This document shows, piece after piece, positions 14,901-29,900 of a stretch of 64,000 nucleotides of DNA (positions within the stretch are counted from its first letter, which is position 1; each line of letters starts with the position of its first letter). Below the pieces are notes generated by a model. That model was given only the letters and a program-made list of their open reading frames with translations. It did not search any database and was not told the origin of the DNA. This DNA is from Raillietiella orientalis (Eukaryota): positions 1,860,001 through 1,924,000 of the forward strand of contig JAYWIR010000002.1 in the NCBI GenBank assembly GCA_036172245.1, in the 5' to 3' direction. The position numbers were made by a program, and so were the translations under genes.

Positions 14901-17900
14901 CCGTGGAGGTACGCAACGTTAACCACGCAGCTTCAGTTTTATTTTTTAATCAGCACTTCAGCTACGTGGAAAGACTCCTCCCAGAAGTTCACCTTCGAGT
15001 TGAGTTCAGACTGCATTTTAAACATCAATCTAACGGACACATTTTTAAAACTGTATGACACTGTCAGCGCCATCTGGAAGGAGAGTGGCAGCGAACTCAG
15101 CAGCCACGGGTATTTATTATTTGATCCCGGACGTAATCGTGAAAGGGAAAACACGAAATTTTTTTCCTCTTCAAGACCTTGTGCCCACGCCCAGAGGATT
15201 CCTTTCGTTCCGTACACTTTGAAAAATGAAACTGGAAGCGTTCTCTATTACACTTTGAGAATCTGCTCCTCTAAAAGGTATGTACTGCCTTCAACACACG
15301 TAAAAAAATCCAATGGGAGCCCGTAGTCTAACCGTGGTTTCCGATGCCTGCCCGCATACTTTCTCAAAGGATGATCCAAGCTGGACCAAAGTTCTGCCTA
15401 ATGAAAGCCGGTCGTTTGTTTTCGAAAACCGCAATCAGTCACGTCGTGGGGACATCCACAATTTCAAGATGCATCAGATTTTAGTGCAGATTGAAGGCTG
15501 GGAACTGTTGAATCCTATGCCAGTAGATAAAGTCGGGACTTACTTCTGCACGTCGAAAAGAGCTTCTTCTGTCGACAAGAAGGTAAGTCGCTCTCCGCGC
15601 TGCTCGCCGTGCTTTGATTCGCTCCCGACAGCCCATACCTAAAGTCCTGGTTTTTCACGCGATACATGTGGAAAGCGTTCCCCCTTTTGTCTTTGATCGT
15701 TTTCGTGTTGACTTGGCATCCCTTTTGGGTATATCATGCTATGTGTTTCTTCAAGAGTGCCTTCCCCTGTGTTGTTAACCGAATGGACTTCTGACGGTCA
15801 CAGTAATGCCCGCTCGATCATCCTCTGTAACTAACCAGTTCTGATCACTTCTTTCTTCACTAGTTGACAGTCGTTAGGTCAGAAAATAGGGCCACCGACT
15901 TGACGAATTGAAAATGAGGTTGGTTTTGTCTTGTTTCGGCTATTCAAACATCCGTCTGGAAGAGGTAGGTTGCTTGCTGGGCAGGGCTCGAAAGCGGTAG
16001 GCACCACCACTCTCAAAGAACCTTGGGCTTCTGCTGTTTGACGGAATGCCATGGGTATAACAGCGAATTCGGGTATTCCTTGGAGTCTGTGACGCATCGG
16101 TAAAACAGGGCCTCCAGGCTGAGGGCTTCTTCCCTCACCTCTGTTTCGCTATCCCAGGGAACACTGAAGGAGCCCTTATTGTGCCGTCTTGACTTTTCGG
16201 CTGCTGTGTGTTGCAGTTCCAGAAAAAACAAGCAAGGCCGTAGCGTAAGTGCATTGGACATCCTGCGCCTCTCTGATTTCGAAGAATGAACTGTGCGTTG
16301 AAGAAACGACGAACGAATGCGCAGCTCGGACAGCACTGCAAAACCAGAAGATGCAGAGCATTTGCCCGCGAAAGTGGGGGGGGGGGAGCACCAGCATTTC
16401 AACTGGGATTGCGAACGGGCAGGAACACGTAGAAGTGTGCCATGTACTGTGTAACATGTGCCTCATTTGTAGTCAGACCGTCGGAGGAATTTCCCAAGCA
16501 GTCGGGAAAGCTTCGGCTTGCTCTCGTGGGGCACTTCGTGAGTTTGAAGCTCTCGTGCTCTCGTGTGGAAAATGTTGGCGCATGAACGGGGGGGGGGCAC
16601 TTCGGAGCGTGGTCCGAAGCTTAGAGACGTTGGCGTCTGAGCTCCACGCCTTCGTCGAGTGAAGTGCTCCCAATGTTGTGCAGTGGGTCGCATTTGGGGG
16701 AGTGGGGTTTGACCCCCTTGTAAACGGTGGCACGGTTCGTTTTGAACGCAACAGCCCAATCGCCACTCGTTTCCTTAGCAACTAAAAGCAAGTGGGGCTT
16801 AGTCTGGTGATCTGTCGAGGGAGAATGGCAACCCCCTCGTACCATATCGAGAGGAAATTTGAAAGAGTGCAAAACGCGGGGATGCGTGAGTCACTAGGGG
16901 GAGAAATGTCCCCTCCATTGCCGTCAGGTTGCATATATCTGTGGCTGCCTTGCTCTGGTAATTTTAGAAGCTTCCATGCATTCTTGGGCCTGCGAACAGA
17001 TTCAGTTTCTGCAACTGATTCCGGAAACCGAGGATGGGAGAGGAGACTGCAGCGACAAACCTGTGGAAACCGGGATCTCGTCTCCGCAGAAAGGGATGGA
17101 GGCCGGGTGCCTACAGTCTTCGTGCGCAGTACTAACCGTTGCGGGTTCGAATCCCTCCCAGAGGAGGACCGACGCCTAGCCAATGGGTGCGTCGTGGATT
17201 TCGAGTCCCTCCCCCCTTCCCCCTCCGCAAGACGACGCTGGTTGGCCTGTATAGGCTTCGGGTGCGGCATTGGTTGACAGCCGCTCACACCGGGACTTTT
17301 ATTTATAAACCTACTTGTCTGTGGCAGGACGTTTGATCCTTCCATGTTACTTATGGGTACGAAAAGGAACCTGCCAGGATCTGGCACGCAGTCCAGCGGG
17401 GTTCACCTCGGCAGCACAGGGAAAGGAGAGACGAACAAAAAGAAAAAAACAAAACAAAAAATGCAGTCAAAAAATGGGGAGCTTATGAAGAGAACAGCAA
17501 AATAGATGTCATCCCTGTCGTTCTGGCCTCCTCTGGCGTTGCTGCTCCAAGCAGCCACGGTCCCGCCGCGTAGGCAGCACAGTGCTGCTAGGGTGCGGCA
17601 CTGGTGGAAACCGGATGCTCCTGTTGACTGGCCTCCGGGATTGGGAGTTGACCCTTCGGGATTCCCCCTGGTTGTGCAAATGGAGCCGCACCATGGAGCT
17701 GGGGGATTGGTGACGACTCTCCAGAGTGTCAAAAAGTGCGTTGCTTTCTTCGGGGAGCGATCCTTGAGAGAAATTGAGAAGCTTCCCTTCAAGATTCTCT
17801 TCAGAGGAGGAAACAAGGAGCGGTTCCCTTGCGAATTCCCTCCTGAGAAGAAATTCCAGGAGCGGATCCTTTTCGGGGAGTCCTCCAGAGAGAATAAGGA

Positions 17901-20900
17901 AGGAGATATTCCCCTTTGGAGACAATCAGGTTGGAAGGTTTTCCTCTCAAGCGTGAGAGGAACGGACGACTCCTTCCTCTGGAACCCTTCCTGGATTCAC
18001 AGGACGATCTCCTCCCGGGGTGCCCCCTAACTTGAAAAGTCGACTCGCACTCCTGGGTGGCATGCAACCGCGTTAAAGAGCTTCGTGAGTCTCCAGACGA
18101 ACGGTTCTTCAGTACTTAGCGAACCAGGAAAAAGAAAAAACGCCGGAAGGAAAACAGCGAAAGCAGAAGAGCTTAGAGGAATTTCCATCCGAAAAGAATG
18201 GGTTGTTGCCGGAGCAGTCACGAAATCGTACGAATTGTGGTTTCCTTGGACAAGCCTGGAAGTTTGTTCGAGCTGACCGATTCCCTTGCGGCGCTCTCAC
18301 TTCGTGTGGCCACCAGCGCTTCTGACGCTGTGTGCGGATCTTCCCCAGTCTTCAGTCTTGTTTTTGTCGCTCGCCAACCTGCAAAAAAACAGTTGAAGAG
18401 CTCTTGCTGCTTCCCATCTGGTGGTGCTGGTAATGTCTGTGAGCGGAATCGCTTTCGTCTTGCATATGCACTGCGGTTAAATACGCATTGGCCCGGTTGT
18501 CACTTCGCTTCCGTAGGGGCGGCTCAAATCATAGAAAGGCGGAGGGAATTTTTCCCTGCTCAGGTAAACTGAAAGCAACCGAAAAGCAAAAAAGCTTAAA
18601 AGCAACCTTTATACTATTTTACTCATTTGATCGCAAAGAGGTCATCGAAGAAGGTCGTTACGATGTACTGAAACCAGAAGCACTGATCTTCTCTGCGAGC
18701 ATGATCCGTGCGGATTCTCAATGTTGAGTCGGATCCTGGGCAAGCGTTAAGCGCAGCAGTCTGCCCTGCTTAACATTTTACACTTTTAGTTTTACAAATT
18801 TTTCGTTCATGAGGCGTAATCGGGGAAAACCACCATCTCCTGGTACAGATACGTGGAGGAACATTGATACGGCGCATTCTGCTTTTGATTCTCCATCACT
18901 TACTCGCCTGATATGTAATTCTGATCGATGAGAAATGGCACGGAAGAAAACCATCTGTCTTTGAGAGAGTTCACCTCATCCATATTGAAAGAAGAGTGGT
19001 GAATGCTCCATGTCAAACATTCTCTGAAGGCTCGATGATCTTTGGCAAGGCATGCATTTTCATTTGGAGTCTTCTCCGGCACGGCACAACGATTGACTTG
19101 TTTCCTATCGTGTCAGACTTGACAGCGTGCTTTCTCTTTTCCTTCCTAGTGGGACTCTCAATTTGTCAGTCTCATTCCGATATTCGCAAGCGTCTTCAGT
19201 GACTACATGGAATTTCTTGGTTACTGGTAGCAGTCTCCTAGCAAAGCAACGTTTCCATCCATCCTTATTACATCCTTATGCTCTTTGAAATGCCACCGCA
19301 TCGAACCAACCATCCTCTCATCTTCGTGTGTTTCCAGGGTCCTCCCTCCCTTGAGTAAAAAAAAAAAAAGAAAAAAAAAACCAGGTTTTACATTTAGAGA
19401 GCATGTGTGCAACCAATTCGATTCGAATCTCAAAAAAGCTTCGAAAAACAAATCCTCGCTCACCAGTTGTGCTTACGGCGTTACTCAGCATCATTCTTAC
19501 TGTGATTTTATGTGCAAATCATTAGATCACTGATTCAAATTTCTCAATTTTTTTTTCTCTCCCCCTCTCTCTCTTTAGCAGCTAGCTGCTTATATTGTGT
19601 TTGTGATTACTCTGGAGGGATCGGCGCGCAAGTTGATAACCATCCGCTCATCTTCTCTACTGAGAAATAACCTCTCCCTGCCGCTGGAGGTACGGCTGGA
19701 AAACAAAACCCAGGATTGCAAAGGTATCCCGTTGGATGGCTTTTCTCGCCAGTTGAACACACACCTTCTCGTAGCAGCTCCAATGCTCATCAGAATCGAC
19801 CCGCGTACCACCTACTCCCTGCCCTTAGATTATCAGTCTGCGAACATATCATTCCGCACCTATTCCCAGTACGGATCGAGGTGCAGCTTCATAGACATTC
19901 CCAAGATGTCTCACTGCTTGCATAAACCCGGAGATTTCTCGGGTTGTGTGCTTAAGGACAAGTCCTGGGGGAGGAATAGTTCTCCCAATTGGTAAGTTAC
20001 TAGATGGATGTACACTCAGAGTGCTCACCATACATACACATCAGCTTTTACGTGTGGATAAAGAGAAGCAAGTTTCCATTAGAGGATGATTTAGGACTTC
20101 ACGTTCCCGTTCATGTCGTCATCCTTCCTTACGTGACCTTGATGAATCTTCTACCTTACGACATTGCATTCAACATTGTCAAGAATGATTTCAGAGGACA
20201 GGTCAAAGCTGAAGAAAAGGAAGGACTTTACCAGGTCGAGTTTGCCTTCCACATATTTGTTTCCGAAATTTCGCGTGCACTTCTCCGGAAGGCTAGCATT
20301 TCCTAGCATTCGTTGTTTCCTCGGATTCTGTCTCCGTACCGTCGGAGTTTCGTCATCTTTGCACTGAAGATGCCGTGGCGCTTTCGCGGTCCACTTCACC
20401 CCTCGAGTGATGATCGACTTCCTCGCACAGAGCGTTTCTCAGCTCGCAGGTTCGACAGTCACCCCCGCTGCCTTCCTGCTCGCCTCGATGCAAACCTGTC
20501 ATTCTTCCTGTCCTGTCCTGGTCGTCACCGCATGCGACGAAAAAACGAGCTGCAGTTCAGGACGGTTCTGCCGAGGTCGGAATACAAAACCGATCTTTCG
20601 CCCTTTTCCGTTCCTTCTGGGGGGGGGGGGGGTGGAAACGTAGCAGCCTCATTCCATTCTTGGTAGTCGATGGTAAGCTGCTTGCTCTGCAAGCGCGGAA
20701 GCTGTAGAAGCCTTTCACTCTTTGATGCTGCATCATCCGCCAGTTTTGACCGTCAGTCATCATTCGTTTTCCCTTCGTTGACGGTATCATTCAGTGGAAA
20801 TGAGTCCGCGCCTCTGACTAATGTCGGCGTCTTTCGGGCTTCGTTTCGGGTGGTGGTCGGCATTTGCGTTACTGACTTAATATTTTCCCGCTATCAGCCC

Positions 20901-23900
20901 AGTTGTCTCGCAGTCCACGTTTGTGGCTTCGAATTTCGGGCTAAGACTTTCCGTTTTTTCGTGTGCGCTTGATGAATTCTTTGCTTCAAGTTCGTGTTCA
21001 CTCGCCTCGGTAATTCCGTGGGAGTTCCTGTCGATACGTTTCCATGCCTAGGCATGGAAACCAAGACTGGGGCGAACCAAGACTGAAAGCTCCTCCCGAA
21101 TCAGGTGACTTCGTTACCGGAGGTTATCACTGAGAGGGCTGGCGTGGCTTTCAAAGTTTATCGTCTTGATATGGTGGTTATCCACACAGTAAACATTCTT
21201 TTCGATGGCTTTTGACGGGAGTGCTGTGTTGAATCATCGGTCAGTCAACCAAAAATGCCCACTTGAAGGGAATCTGACCTGAACGATGATGCCAGAATCA
21301 GGTTTTTCTATGGTTATTTTCCATGGTCAATGAAAGAAATGGGAAAACACAAGCTTGTGGCGCGATGCTGCTCGCAGCATCCGTATTTAAGTTTTCAGTG
21401 GGTGCAGAACCATCTGAACAATTGGTTGCCGAAGAGGAAAAAGAAAAAAAAAAAAGTGTCAATTTGGAGCCCAAGTCAGGAAAAGAGATCATGCGGAAAC
21501 GACTCGGTTGTTGCGGTCTTCATTTGCAACAGCGAGTAGGGTGGTCACGCGTCAGCATGGGGACGAAACCAGGCGATGCAGTCCTTCGAATTTTCGGTGC
21601 TGGTGACCCGCGCGTCTCCGCATTCCTTGATTACTCAGATGATCAGGTGTGAACTCTCGGCAAGGCGTCTGCTCCGAGACGTGCTTCTCATGAGCCATGC
21701 TGAGGGGATCTGGAATGCAGCTCCCTCGTTATTGAAAGAAAATCTCCCGGAGTTGATCCGGCGCCATCAGATCAGTAGCAGCATCATGTGTGTGTTATGG
21801 CAGAAGGAAAGGCAAAAAGGATCGGACACTTGAAAAGAAATCCAGCATGCAGGGAGCATAAGCGTTGTCCCTGCCAGCGTTCCGAATGCTCGCCCAAGCA
21901 TCAAGTAAGATGCGATACAAATCGAGACGCAGTTGGTTCCCTTCGGCCAGCTTTACTTGCATGATTTTCCCCTCAGACGAGCGTCTGATCTTTTATCTCG
22001 AGGTTATCCGAAAACAGTCTTGGCCAAACAGACTCTGTAAGAATTTATAAAGGTATCCGGGCCATTAGTGGGAAATTAATTCTGCAAAAGCGAGAAGGCG
22101 GTGGCTTTCAGATAAAAAAACCCTTACATGGGGTGCCCTCTGAGGAAAGAGTACCTTGCAATCTTGGCGATTTTGCCTTATGCTATCCATACGTTTTTAA
22201 TCCCAGAGCGAAGAGTGCAAAGGACTTGGGCTTGGGTGTCGAAGGGATCGGAATGGCACCGGAAAAGCAGCGTGTTCTCGCCAAGCGCTGCGATGAATTC
22301 CTGTGGATGCAGCCGAGGTCTCCGAAATTCGGCTGCACCGGAAAACTCGTTGGTACACCTCCCTTCGTGATCGTCATGTTGCGACAAAATCGCTCAGTGA
22401 AACACGAATTTCGCAGTTGTTTTGCAGTGTTCTCGCCCCTTAGGCTTAACTAGATGTAATGAAAGCAAATTAATGATTAAGTTGGGTAGTAAAGTGATTG
22501 CAAGTGCCAATCAGATCGCTCTGTTAGTTTGTCTCGTTAGAGGCGTTTCAAGAGAGAATCTTGAATAGCGAGCCGCTCGAAGAACCTCCTTCGAGGTTTC
22601 AGAAGCTTCGCGAAAAGAACTTGATTCTTTTGTGTAGCTGCGTGTTTTTGGTTTTGTGCACCGAACGTGTTGGCAAGGCGAATCGTGTTTGGAAACTCGG
22701 ATCATCTTGTGGGGCACGATGGCGGAAAGAGGAAGCGGAAGACGTGCAAGCAGCAGTCCGCCTGATTTGCCGAAGGACTGTGAGGTTTACCCTGATTGTG
22801 TTCCGATGCTTGAATCGGGATTCAGTGGAACTGTCGCAGAAGTTGAGATGATTTCGCTAGTTTCTTAAGGTCGTCAAATAATTGTAGAAGATTGTTCAGG
22901 TAGCATAAGGAGGTAGGTTGACGATGGCTCGAATTTCACAAGTTTGTAAACGACCAGGATGACTGGTTTGCTCACTCGCGATCGAGGTTTCCCGTGAGAC
23001 TCGTTCCTGGCGACCGCGCCTCACTCCCCCTCATCTTCCCGACATGGATGTGTTTTAGGTCGGAGACCAGAACCGACCCTTGAACATTGAGATTCAGATA
23101 GAAGGCTTTGCCTCGTCACTGTTGACCGTGATTCCCAAGGCCGGCTATGAGGGCAAATTGCAGATATTGGACTGTTACCGAAGGAGCGTGGATTTATCCG
23201 TGAATGTTATTCCACGTCTGGGGATAGCATCTTACGTGAGTTCGTCTTCGTGTTGTCTCTCTCGAGAAACTGTCCTCACATCTTGATAAGCCTTCTGCCC
23301 TGCCATGTGGGCTCGGTAAAGCTCCGGTTGTCCTCCCATTCCAGATTGTCATATCGGCTCCTGTGTGGCTGATCAACAAAACGAGCCTGCCCTTGATATT
23401 CCGGCAAAAGGGGAAGACTGAAGATTGTGCTGGTCAGGTCGAAGAGAACGAGGCGGCACGCTCTCTCCAGCCTCTGCTGTTCAGCTTCTCGAACCAGAAC
23501 GACGACCACCTCAACCTGCCCATGCTGGAAGCAAGAGTAGGCGAAAGGTTGCATGCCCACGGATACGCGCAGGTAGATGGCGCGGTGGGGGAACACGCAC
23601 CGAATGCGTCTGAGCGAATTCGCTCTTCCCTTTCAGTGGAGTAAACCGTTTTCTTTGGAATATGCTGATCGTGTTCTTCGACTGGAAGTGGTCGATGATG
23701 GCTCGGTGTCTTCACGTATTTATCATATCGCCATAAATGTCCAGAAAGCCCTCAGCAAATACGCTTGCACAAGGATGGTCACTTTCTCCCCTCGCTATTA
23801 TCTTGTCAATCGTTCCCGTCATAAATTGCAGTTCAGCCAGGAATGCCTTAAAGACACCGTAAGTTTGCGTGGAGACATTTGGTGAAAAGGTCATCCAGTA

Positions 23901-26900
23901 TTTGGCGTCCATGCGTGGTCTTTGTCTAGCATTGTATGGTTCTGACCGACTGTTGGTTTCGTGGCTCGCTTTAAGAGCCGCACGTTTTTAGGATGGCGAC
24001 CACTACGTAGTAGTGCCTTCCAAATGCAGCATACCGTTTCACTGGCCTAAGGAGCACTACAGGCAGATCCTATGCTTACGTCTGGAGGAAGTTGGGAGCC
24101 CTTTGTGGACCGGTGGTTTTCAGATCAACAGCATAGCCTCCTACAGAATCAACTGCCGGTATGTAGGTGGTGCGCCGCGGCGGACACTGCAATGCCGCCC
24201 GTTGAACTTCCAGTTACGGATCGGGGAAGATCCATTTCTTTCACGTGGAAATCACCTTGAACGCGTCCACTTCCCACGTCGTCATCAGTGACGATGACAG
24301 CATTCCCCCTCCTTTCCGCATCGACAACTTTTCGGAAGTTCCCATCGTGTTTCACCAGGTACCACTCCTAGCGACTTTGTGCTTGCGTGGTTCAGCCATC
24401 AAGCCAGCCCCCAGTCCCTTCCTGATGCTCCTCTTCTTTTGCTTCTCCTCCTCCTTTTAGTCGGATGCCTCGGGGATGGGGATTGAATCGAAAGTGCGCC
24501 CCAATGCGTCCGTGCTGTACGCCTACGACTTGCCTTTGTGCCCCCCGTTCATCACCTGCAAAGCTCCAGGCGGCATGGAGATCATGTACGACATGCTCAC
24601 CTGTGGGAAGAAGGAAGAACTGACCTACGAAAACTTCTTTTTCCTGACTCTGGGCAGCGTGTCGGAAAGGTAGGAGCGCCGTGACAAGGGTGCGTTCCTC
24701 TTCACCCTCCACCACCCGAAGTGCCCTGTGCACGGGTGAAACGCTGCTCGACGACGAGGACCGATCCAAGCTGGTCTTCGACGTGAACCCTGGCAGTTTC
24801 GTGGTTCTCCGGCCGAAAGAAGCCGGAAGGAGGGAGCAGCTGTGGCGCATGACTGGTGACGGTTACATACAGAACGAAGGAGCGTGCCCCCCGATGGATC
24901 CGCACTGTGGGAACAAGAGCATAAAAAACAACTTCCTGGTGAGCAGACATCTGTTAAGGAGGATGTGTGTGTGTGGTTGTGGTTACGGTGGCGCATAAAT
25001 TGTGCACCTGCGACCACATTTCGGAATACAAGTTTCGAAAAGACGGGACGCGCGAAAATTTTCCTCACGCCCATGTGGACTGTGGTTCTCAGCATTCTCT
25101 TTCATCGACCACGAGTGGACTTTTTTTGTTGTTGTTTTTGCTTTCTTGTGACGGACAACTTCGCGGTTCCTTAGCGGCAGCACCATGTTGGACAAGCAGC
25201 GCTCCGATGCGTAAGGGATTGAGGAAACACAGCATCCGCTCTTCTGCAGCGTGCCCTTGGACCCTGCTTGTGAAATTTGTTTTCCGTTTTGCTTTGCTTT
25301 GCTTTGCTTTTCCCCCGCAAGGTGGAAGATACGGGTTGTTCGTGTTGAGGATCGTTCCTTCTCGTCTCTTCGGACATTTGTGAATTCGGGATGTCTCCCT
25401 TTTCGTTATTTTTACGATCTACGGACCATTCTAGCCAGATTTTTTCCTCCTATCTTCTTTTCCTCGGCGAAACAGTGGTCATCCATCATCGTCGTCCCGA
25501 GGTTTCCCGGATCTGCCCTGGCTATTTTTAGAGAATGATTTAGCCTCGGCTCAAATTACATTTCGAATCTTTAGCGAGCCGAAGATACTGTGTTTCAGGG
25601 GAAAAAAGATTCTTTTGTTCATTTCCATTTGTTTGTTTTAATTATTTTAGCTATTTGATTTAATTCCGTCAGAGGTAGGTAGTCGTCAACTCGTGTCACG
25701 TAACACGGAAACTTCTGGATTCCTCTGTCCGAGATCAAGATCCTTCGCTGTGCTGTTTCTGGTATCATTTCTCCGTCTTGATCCCGCTCATGAACTTGCC
25801 ATTTCGGGACGGATAAAATTTTCGGCCGGATCCCTCGGGAAAGTGGAATACCGAAAAGGCCCGAGCGTCTCTGCCTATTCGTGTTGCCTTTGCGTACCGG
25901 ATGCTCGTTCTTTCTCAGAGGAGTTGCTTCTCGTTGGTCGGGCGTGTTGCTGTTTCCTTCACCCCCTCTTCCGCCCCGCACGACTCTCTGGCATTTCGGA
26001 AACGGCCGAATTGGAAGTCTTCTGAAAAGTGCAGTCTTCCGGACTGGAGCCCTTTTCGGGCGGGTCGATGAAGCTACCTGAAACACGCGAAGGTGCGACC
26101 CCGGTTTCGACCTCACTGGTCGCTCAGTCCACCGCATCGTCCTGCAGGGCAGGTTCATCATTCGGGTATCTTCCCACCGCTTCTTAGTATTCCGTTACCG
26201 ATGTTGGGGACCGTGCGTCGACAAGTGGTGTGTTGGGGCCAACCAGACTTCGCGAGCGGTGCTTGGATGGATCGGGGGAGGTGCTCGATTCCTGGATCCC
26301 AGGGTTTCCGTTGTGTCGCAACTTGGCCAGCTCGTCGAATGGAAAGGAATTCCTCTTTCCCGTGCAAGGATGGCGCGCGTGCTTGAACGCTGCTTCGGAG
26401 GGAATCGTGGTCCGGGGAGGATGGCCACTCCCGCCTCGTCTGTGGTTTGCGAATCCTTGAAACATGAATGCAAATGAGGTCCTCAGATAACTCGCAGAAC
26501 TTGTCGTTCCCTCTCTCCGCGACTTCAGCTAATAATAATAACGATAATGATGAAATGGAACCGTTGGGTGGTATTGGGAGGGAGAAAGTGGCTTTAGGGA
26601 TTCCGAGAAAATTTTCCTGGACAACAAGCACAAGAAATTTTTTTCCTTGTGCTCACTGGCCTTGGTGGAAGGGAAGGGGAGAGCACGCGCGTGTGCTTAA
26701 GGATTTGACTGAAAAATGGTCACGTTGTAGGTCCTTGACATCGCTTCCATGGCAGTCCAGCCGAACTGCTGCAATTATTTGACTCTCAGATATCCACAGA
26801 ACAGCCGTACGTCCACTCAGTCCTGGAAGTTCACCGAGGATCAAAGACTGGTGTGCAAGCACAAGAACATGTGTGTGCAGGTGCATAAAGATCCGGTGGA

Positions 26901-29900
26901 AGGTGGTAAGCGGTGGGAAGTCGTCGTCACGCGTTGTTCCATCTCTTGCACTACGGCAGATTTCTTCATGGTGTTGGGACCCGTGAAGAAAGAAGATTCC
27001 GCGAAGCAACACATAATCAAAGAGAAGTTCCGAGGAGGCTCTGGATTTCTTGCCGTCAACGTGCATTCTGACGGCCCCACTCGCGTGCTGGAGATACGCG
27101 ACTGCTTCAAGAGCTACTCCCGCAACCCTAAGGTGAGAACGCCCTCGCCGGCATTTGCAGTCACACTTTTTGTGTTCGCGTCTCATCCTCCAGAAACCCA
27201 GGAACTGTTGCTCCCGCAACACGGTTCAGTTCACAGTCAGGATCAAGGACGTTCTTGGCTTGAGCCTAGTGAGCAGGAAATTCTTCCAAGAACTGTGCTA
27301 CGTATCCTGCTTCAACACCATACTGGAGGTGTGCTGGACGGGCAACAAGCTGCAGATGAACGGAAGCGTGAACGACGTGAAGGTCGCCAACCAGCAGCTG
27401 GAAGCCCAGTCGCCGTCTGTCCTGTACGTGAAGGCGAGCAACGTGAAGGGCGTGGACACGCCGGCCATAACATTCCGCATCGAGAAGCAGATGGTGCACA
27501 CGTTCGGCATCGACATTTATGAGGTATCGGGAGCGGGAAACCCTGCGCTTTTGCTCCCGGAGGAGCTTCCGCCCAGCACCAGGAAGGTCGCACGCTCCTC
27601 CAGATTGCCTCCCCACTCGCATTAGGGAGCCGCTGGGAAAACTCCCGGGGCAGCTGCGAAAAATTCTAAGCGTCTTCAAGCGCCAACCTGCCTTGGAGAG
27701 AGCCTCCAGGGCTTCGGGATTCCCGTCAGCTCTCGCGAAGTGCCTTCCCCGAATCCGCAGAAGACGCTCGTTCCAAAGGCCGCTTTCCGAGCAGACCGGT
27801 CCATCGGAAAATTCCATTTACCTTTTTCCCTGCTTCGGCCTTCCCCCTTCTGCTCGCATCGCTTCCCGTTGCGCGTCCACGGCAAGAATCAAAGGCGTGC
27901 GACGTCTGGCGGGATTGATCTCGCCGGGGCGGCCCCTCCCTCGACCGGAGCGGCGCACCTTCCGTGCACCTGCGTTCGGCGGGCGACAGGGATCTCCGAC
28001 GAGTCCCGAGGTGACTCGGAACTCATCGAAGACCATCGAATTCCAGGAGTTCCCGGGATGGCACGATTTCGTGCGCACCCGCAAAGTTGATTTTTTGCCG
28101 GATGCGGATCGGTTTTTGGATTCTTGAGTGGCCAGTAGAGCCGAGTCCTCTCGACTTTTGTGTGTGTGCGGCATGCACTGTTGGACCCCTTGAGCGCGGG
28201 TCGGTTTACGGTTGGTGCGGAGGGCGGCGTGTCGATAGGGAGACAGAGAGGAATCGGGTGCGGGGCAAACAAGGAGACGCCTCCGCATAGCTCCCCTGCA
28301 TGCGTAGCAGCCCCACCTTCCTCCTTAACGTCGAGGATCGCTCGGATCTCCAAGATGCCCACACAGGCATCGGGATGCCCGGTGTTCCCTCCACTCCGAA
28401 CGTGCGCCTGTATGCTGGCCTTCCCGGTATTGGGCAGCTCGCGAGTGAAGGTGCGTCGTGACACCTCACGGAAGAGGCGCCGCCGATCGTCCGCTTCTCA
28501 GGTGGGGCGGTTTGAGTGGAGAAGGAGCGTTGGTAAAAGTGTCTTCGTGTGTGATCTTGGACATCGCCCTCTCTCCAGGGAACTGAACGTCACGACGCGT
28601 GTGATGGGGAGGAGTACACGCGCTTTTACACGTTTTCCCAGTTCCTTTCCCCCCCTCTGCCCCTTTCCTCCCAGTCGGAGGTCTTCGCTCTCATTGCGAA
28701 GTTTGCGGCGGTGGGTTGTGCGTCCTCCCGCGTCCTGCGTACCCAGCGCGGACGCGCGCACTCGCGATTGCAAGGAGTCGCACAGAAGTCAGCGTGATCG
28801 GAGCAACGGCCGGAGAATGCTGCTACCCGTTTTTTCAGATGTTCCTTCTTCACATGAAGAACGTTGTGCTGATGGTCGAAGAGGAGCTCCTATTCAAGCT
28901 GTTCGTGTTTTTCAACCTGTTCAGCTCCAAGAAAAGCGCGGAGCACGTGAAGCACGACGACTGGAAGAAACCGAGCGTGGACGTCGACTCCGCGCTGCCC
29001 ACCAGGCGCTGCTACTTCGACATATTCGAGCTCATTTTGGAGCAGGTGAGTGGGGCCCCTCGGGCGCATGCCCCGGGCAGCATGCGTGTGGCAGTGAGCC
29101 CTCTCGCTGGAGGTCCGGTTGACGGTGCGCGCCGCCGAAGCCGCGAGAATCAAAAAGAGGAGGGGGAGGAAGATGCCGCCTCTTTTCCATCTCGAAGGGT
29201 GGCCTCGATATTGAAAAGGACGCCTCCCGTCAGGCGCATTCCCTGGTTCCCCTTTTCCCCATTTTGCTTTATTTCGCCTTTCAAATGGATTCATTTCGCC
29301 CGGGTGCGCGGGATTCTCGAAAGGAATTTTTCCGAGCATCGATCACCGACCCTCGGAAGCGGATTTGGGATCTTGCTGCCTCCTTTTCTGCGTTCCCGTA
29401 GCTGGGGCGGCAGGGTGCAACCCTCCTTCCGTTTGCATTTCCTGTGCGTCACCCTCTGGAAGGTCCACCTCGCCCGGAAAGGACTTCGTGCGGGACTGTT
29501 TCCCGGCGCATTGCTGTTTTTTTTGTTCGCTTCCTTCTCTTTGTGATCCCAGCTTACGGCGATCCTCTTCCTCGGAGAAGAGGGAAACCCGGAGCAAGGC
29601 GAGGCGGCAGATTGTGGGGGCGGGGGAAAGGAACCTTGCCGCCTCGTCTTCGTGTTTACGAGGTCCTGCCGCTTCCTCGAGATGGAAGTTTCGTCTCGAG
29701 GGGGAGGGGAGGCCCATGATAGGCGTTCTGGGCTTGTCTGAGAGTGACCGGGTCATGCCTTCTTCCTCTTCTGCGCTGTTTTTTGGGTCTGCGTGTGGAG
29801 GCGCGAGCACGAAAGGAAGAAAAGAAGAAAAAAAAGATTCATTTTATCTTATGTTTTTGCCCTCCCATTTTTTCTTCTTCCAAGGTTCGCCTGAGCGTCA

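Noticed and set aside
17095-17165. Functional tRNA gene
   Set aside because: B box present, but acceptor, D and anticodon stems do not form; treated as a SINE relic.
22130-22880. Possible CR1-like relic (AKDLGL; WNC motif)
   Set aside because: Similarity too weak to support without a profile search.
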